DNA from: Thermoplasmata archaeon | GTDB taxonomy: Archaea > Thermoplasmatota > Thermoplasmata > GCA-020350865 | DNA length: 31,310 bases | NCBI GenBank assembly: GCA_020348445.1 | Contig: CP070751.1 | Span: 3,591,750 to 3,623,059, forward strand | Reading direction: 5' to 3' | In this document: positions 27,115 through 31,310 of the stretch, piece after piece | Numbering within the stretch: the stretch's first letter is position 1 | How the letters are laid out: every line of letters begins with the position of its first letter | Notes under the pieces: generated by a model | Told to the model about the DNA's origin: nothing | The model's input: only the letters and a program-made list of their open reading frames with translations | The model's database searches: none | Translations under genes and position numbers: made by a program

Positions 27115-27456
27115 GTATATAAAGTATTAAAATGTGATTCAAACAATGCTATCTAAATTTCTCTCGCACAACTCGCTTTTACTCGTAGTAACTTCTATCC
27201 TATTATTTCCTTTTTATCGAAGATAGCATGTCGCTTTCAAAATCATACAGGTTCCATAGGGACGTATTATGAAGATCCCGCAATCCTTTCCTGCCATGGC
27301 ATCTGTCCACTCAAAAATCGGATCCCTCCCAATCACTTTCACCTACACTTTAATTGTTTTGCTCTTTTTAAACCAATGAAAAGGAGCCTGACTTTAAAAA
27401 ATATGCAAAATCTTTTCCAAAAATTCTTAATATGATTTATAACCTTTGCTCTCAAT

Positions 27457-29643
27457 ATGAGACGGGAAATAGCTACAGTCTTTCTTTGCATATTTTTGAT
27501 GTTCACAAGTATCGTTTTCGTAAATGAGTTTTCAGATTATGTAACAAATGTGAAGGGAGACGCTCATTACGTAAACGAAACAGGAAGCAATGGAGCTTTT
27601 ACGAGTATACAGGATGCAATTAATGCAAGCAAAGATGGGGATACAGTATTCGTCTATAGTGGAATATATTATGAAAATATTATCGTGAATAAGACAATAA
27701 ATCTGACTGGGGAAGATAAAAACTCTACTATTATCGACGGAAAAGGAATTGGAGATATTGTTGTGGTGATTGCGAATTTCGCAAACATTTCAGGATTTTC
27801 TATGAGAAATGGGGGAACCGGTTGGTCTCCTGATCGTGATTCAGGGATAGAACTCAATAAAGTTTCTAATTGCAGGATCTTTAACAATAAGGTGTTCGAA
27901 AGCGGTTTAGCAATCAATATTCATTATTCCCATGATAACAATATAACAGGCAATAATATTTCGAACAATGCAGATGGTATCTGGCTCAGGAATTCAACAA
28001 ACAACAGTATAACATACAACACAATTTTGTACAGCGGGGTTGCAATCGACGGTGAAGATTCCAGCAACAACAACACAGTCTCGCATAATGATATCTTTTA
28101 CAATGAAGATGGTATCTGGTTCTTGTATTCGTCAAACAATACAATATCAAACAACAATTGCATAAACAATGATTGGTATGGTATCTACCTTGATTATTCT
28201 GACAATAGCAGTATTGTAAACAATAACTGTTCAAATGGCTATTTGGGGATTGAAATCTGTGATTCATCTGATATAACAGCCACTGGCAATACCATCTTAT
28301 CCAATGAAGATTATGGAATAATGGTTCAAAATGCGTTTTATATCAATGCCACAAACAACAATATCTCAGGAAGTTGGTACGGAATCTGGTTATTTAATTT
28401 GGTTTTCGGCGATATTTCTAATAACAATATATCAAGCAAGGAGAACGGGATTGAACTTGTTGCGACTTCCTTAGTAAATGTTACACACAATAATGTTAGG
28501 GATTCTGTACACGGAATTATTTTTTGGTCAGGCTATGAGAATAATATAATGGCTAACAACAGTCTGTCTTACAACTCATATGGTATCTGGTATGATGGAT
28601 CAGAGCATGACATCATATCAGGCAATATTGTTTTCAACAATTCATATGGTATACATCTTTGGGAAAGTTCCTATCTTGATATTACTGACAACCATGTTTT
28701 CAACAATGATTATGGCATATATTATTGGGAAGATACAATCTATACCAACATTACGGACAATAATGTATCTAACAATGAATGCGGCATTTTTCTTGATAAA
28801 TCATTTAATGACTATAACATAATTTCTGAAAACCTGGTTGCATACAATGAATTTGGGTTAAATATTTCCCAATCCAACAATAACATCATATTCCACAATA
28901 ACTTCATTAATAATACATATATGGCCAATGACGATTCTGTAAATAAATGGGACAATGATTACCCACTTGGAGGAAATTACTGGTCAGATTATGACGGAGT
29001 CGATTATTATAAGGGTCCCTACCAAAACATGCCTGGGGCTGATGGAATCGGTGACACCAATTATAGCATAGATTTTGACACCGTGGATAACTACCCGCTC
29101 ATGGAACCATATAAATTCAAGATTCTCGAAAACTGCACTATTTTATTGCAAGGCTGGAACCTTATCTCCGTTCCATTGATACAGGACAATCAAAACATTA
29201 CCAAAGTGCTTGAGATGATAGATGGCTATTACGATATTGTTCAATGGTATGACGCCAGCGATAAAGACGACCCGTGGAAGAATTATATTGTGGACAAGCC
29301 TTTTGGAAATGATCTATTGCATTTAAACGAAACCATGGGATTTTGGATTCGTATCACCCATTCGGGAGGCACAATTTTCCTTTATAATGGCACCGCGCCA
29401 TCGGTTAACCAAATCATTCAACTTTACAAGGGCTGGAACATGGTGGGCTATCCATCTTTAACAGATTATAACAGAACCAATGGATTGAACAACCTCACGT
29501 TCGGCACGCATGTTGATGCAATCTGGACCTACAATGCCTCAACACAGAAATGGAAAGAACTGGGGGAATCAGATTATTTTGAGCGAGAAAGGGGATATTA
29601 CATTCACGCTATGGAAGAGTGCGAATGGGAAGTTCCATTGTAA
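27457..29643 (+). CDS. Secreted right-handed parallel beta-helix (NosD/CASH-like) protein with a C-terminal GWN-repeat domain
   Basis: Signal peptide; 'SIQDAINAS.DGDTVFVYSGIYYENI.VNKTINLTG' cap; many N.I..N.I..N..GI.L repeats; GGNYWSDY; GWNLIS and GWNMVG; ends CEWEVPL. Confidence 0.85.
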   Translation: MRREIATVFLCIFLMFTSIVFVNEFSDYVTNVKGDAHYVNETGSNGAFTSIQDAINASKDGDTVFVYSGIYYENIIVNKTINLTGEDKNSTIIDGKGIGDIVVVIANFANISGFSMRNGGTGWSPDRDSGIELNKVSNCRIFNNKVFESGLAINIHYSHDNNITGNNISNNADGIWLRNSTNNSITYNTILYSGVAIDGEDSSNNNTVSHNDIFYNEDGIWFLYSSNNTISNNNCINNDWYGIYLDYSDNSSIVNNNCSNGYLGIEICDSSDITATGNTILSNEDYGIMVQNAFYINATNNNISGSWYGIWLFNLVFGDISNNNISSKENGIELVATSLVNVTHNNVRDSVHGIIFWSGYENNIMANNSLSYNSYGIWYDGSEHDIISGNIVFNNSYGIHLWESSYLDITDNHVFNNDYGIYYWEDTIYTNITDNNVSNNECGIFLDKSFNDYNIISENLVAYNEFGLNISQSNNNIIFHNNFINNTYMANDDSVNKWDNDYPLGGNYWSDYDGVDYYKGPYQNMPGADGIGDTNYSIDFDTVDNYPLMEPYKFKILENCTILLQGWNLISVPLIQDNQNITKVLEMIDGYYDIVQWYDASDKDDPWKNYIVDKPFGNDLLHLNETMGFWIRITHSGGTIFLYNGTAPSVNQIIQLYKGWNMVGYPSLTDYNRTNGLNNLTFGTHVDAIWTYNASTQKWKELGESDYFERERGYYIHAMEECEWEVPL

Positions 29644-29656
29644 AGAGATGGCGCAT
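29431..29656 (+). repeat. Dispersed ~92%-identical repeat (second copy 31072-31297) covering the last GWN unit, stop codon and 3' flank
   Basis: Manual alignment gives 19 mismatches in 226 nt, a 58-nt identical block (29446-29503 = 31087-31144) and a shared TAAAGAGATGGCGCAT. Confidence 0.9.
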
Positions 29657-29763
29657 ATCCCCTACCTCCTCTTCTTCCCCTCAACCCAATCTCCGAATTT
29701 TCAAAACTGTTTTCGAGGATGAGGCGGAAGATATTTATCAGACTTTGGCAATATCTTTCATTT

Positions 29764-31284
29764 ATGGGAAGGAAGGTAATTGCTACATGGTTATGTCTAG
29801 CACTGGTATTGAGCTTCATTGTTATTATTATCGAGATCGCACAAGTTGCAGAAGCCCCAACCATATGGTACGTAGATGATGTACCTGGAAGTGGTGGACC
29901 AGGGGATCCACCTGAGGACTTTACATCTATTCAGGATGGGATAGATGCAGCAATTGATGGAGATACTGTATATGTTTATAATGGAACCTATTATGAAATC
30001 ATGGTTGTGAATAAGAGTATAAATCTGACAGGGGAGAGCAGGGAGTCCACGATAATTGAGCACAGCGGGGGTAATAATGTATTTTATGTGAATGTTAACT
30101 GGGTGAACATAACCGGTTTTACAATCAATGGGACCGGGGCCACCTCATGGTGTGCCGGTGTAAACCTCGACAATGTGCAGAACTGTCGAATCACGAACAA
30201 CAACATCTCTTTGGACAATGAGGTCGGCATCATGCTTTACTCATCCTCATATAACACAATAAAAGGCAACAACATTTCATCAAATCTATGGGGCGGTATC
30301 TGGTCAATGATGTCATCTTATAACTCCATAACAGAAAACCTCATTTCAGATAATGAGAACGGCATCCATCTTGATTCATCATCGTACAATTACATCACAT
30401 ACAATAATATATCAATAAATAAGAATGGTGGTATCGCACTTTGGCCGGATTCATCAAACAACACTGTCGCTAACAATGACGTCCTATTAAACACCAATTA
30501 TGGCTTTAGAATCGATGGCCCCTCATACAACCATATCTATCACAATAACATAATAGAAAATGTAAACCAAGCATATGACACCGGTGATAATCAATGGGAT
30601 TTCGGTTATCCCTTTGGTGGAAATTATTGGTCAAATTATGCAGGCAACGATAGTTACAAAGGCCCTGATCAAAACATACCTGGCAGCGATGGAATTGGTG
30701 ATACCCCTTATATCATAGATTCTGATTCTCAAGACAACTATCCGCTCATGGAGCCATACAAATCCTTTGAAAACTTCACCGAACTTATACAAGGCTGGAA
30801 TCTGATTTCAATCCCTTTAATTCAGGACGAGCAGAACTTGACAAGAGTGCTTGGCTCGATAGATGGCTGGTATGATGCGGTGCAATGGTACGATCCCACA
30901 GACCTTGACAATCCCTGGGACCATCACAAGGTGAGTAAAATCCGAGGAAACGATCTTTTCAAGTTGAACGAATCCATGGGCTTCTGGATACACATCACCC
31001 AACCAGGCGACACGATTTTTGTGTATAACGGCACCCAACCTATCTCAAACCAAACCATCACCCTCTATCCAGGCTGGAACATGGTAGGCTATCCATCTTT
31101 AACAGATTATAACAGAACCAATGGATTGAACAACCTCACGTTCGACACTCATGTCAATGCAATCTGGACCTACAATGCCTCAACCCAAAAATGGAAAGAG
31201 CTTGGAGAATCAGATTATTTTGAGATCGGAAAGGGATATTACATTCACGCTAAGGAAGAATGTGAGTGGGAAGTTCCATTGTAA
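29764..31284 (+). CDS. Paralogous secreted beta-helix (NosD/CASH-like) protein with the same C-terminal domain
   Basis: Same architecture with a shorter helix. Start probably ATG 29764 (MGRKVIATWLC signal peptide) rather than 29719. Ends CEWEVPL. Confidence 0.85.
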   Translation: MGRKVIATWLCLALVLSFIVIIIEIAQVAEAPTIWYVDDVPGSGGPGDPPEDFTSIQDGIDAAIDGDTVYVYNGTYYEIMVVNKSINLTGESRESTIIEHSGGNNVFYVNVNWVNITGFTINGTGATSWCAGVNLDNVQNCRITNNNISLDNEVGIMLYSSSYNTIKGNNISSNLWGGIWSMMSSYNSITENLISDNENGIHLDSSSYNYITYNNISINKNGGIALWPDSSNNTVANNDVLLNTNYGFRIDGPSYNHIYHNNIIENVNQAYDTGDNQWDFGYPFGGNYWSNYAGNDSYKGPDQNIPGSDGIGDTPYIIDSDSQDNYPLMEPYKSFENFTELIQGWNLISIPLIQDEQNLTRVLGSIDGWYDAVQWYDPTDLDNPWDHHKVSKIRGNDLFKLNESMGFWIHITQPGDTIFVYNGTQPISNQTITLYPGWNMVGYPSLTDYNRTNGLNNLTFDTHVNAIWTYNASTQKWKELGESDYFEIGKGYYIHAKEECEWEVPL

Positions 31285-31310
31285 AGAGATGGCGCATCCC
31301 TCAATCCAAT

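Noticed and set aside
27200-27340. About 40-codon minus-strand GTG ORF with an AGGTGA SD
   Set aside because: Short, no homology recognisable by eye; cannot be supported without conservation data.
29431-31297. DGR template/variable repeat pair
   Set aside because: Mismatches are mostly synonymous third positions and not confined to adenines of one copy, both copies are in-frame gene ends, and there is no reverse transcriptase in the window.
1-31310. CRISPR array, tRNA/rRNA, transposase or integrase
   Set aside because: No regularly spaced 25-40-nt repeats with unique spacers, no T-loop/cloverleaf, and no DDE, HUH or tyrosine-recombinase motifs seen. All long repeats are in-frame protein repeats.

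Overview
31.3-kb window, most likely archaeal (Thermoplasmata-like). This is inferred from GGAGGTGA ribosome-binding sites, BRE/TATA promoters, apparently leaderless genes and protein families; it is not a database result. From left to right: (1) the 3' part of a thiol-redox operon (small thioredoxin fragment, CMD/AhpD-fold protein, DGC protein, Zn-finger-TM-thioredoxin, redoxin-CcdA fusion); (2) a 470-bp palindrome-dense intergenic region holding a 108-nt three-way-junction element, followed by a Fic gene whose promoter is bracketed by an inverted repeat; (3) a stand-alone PLAT/LH2-like gene with a long structured leader, a beta-sandwich hypothetical and an unrecognised 3x89-aa helical-repeat protein; (4) about 24 kb of secreted or surface proteins: a 1838-aa PKD/Ca-repeat protein ending in a CLCA-type HExxH metalloprotease domain, a PQQ-like propeller, an Asp-box propeller with PKD, a 3099-aa modular adhesin-like protein, a small secreted protein and two beta-helix paralogs sharing a highly similar C-terminal cassette. 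I found no rRNA, tRNA, CRISPR array or transposase. All family assignments come from motif recognition by eye.
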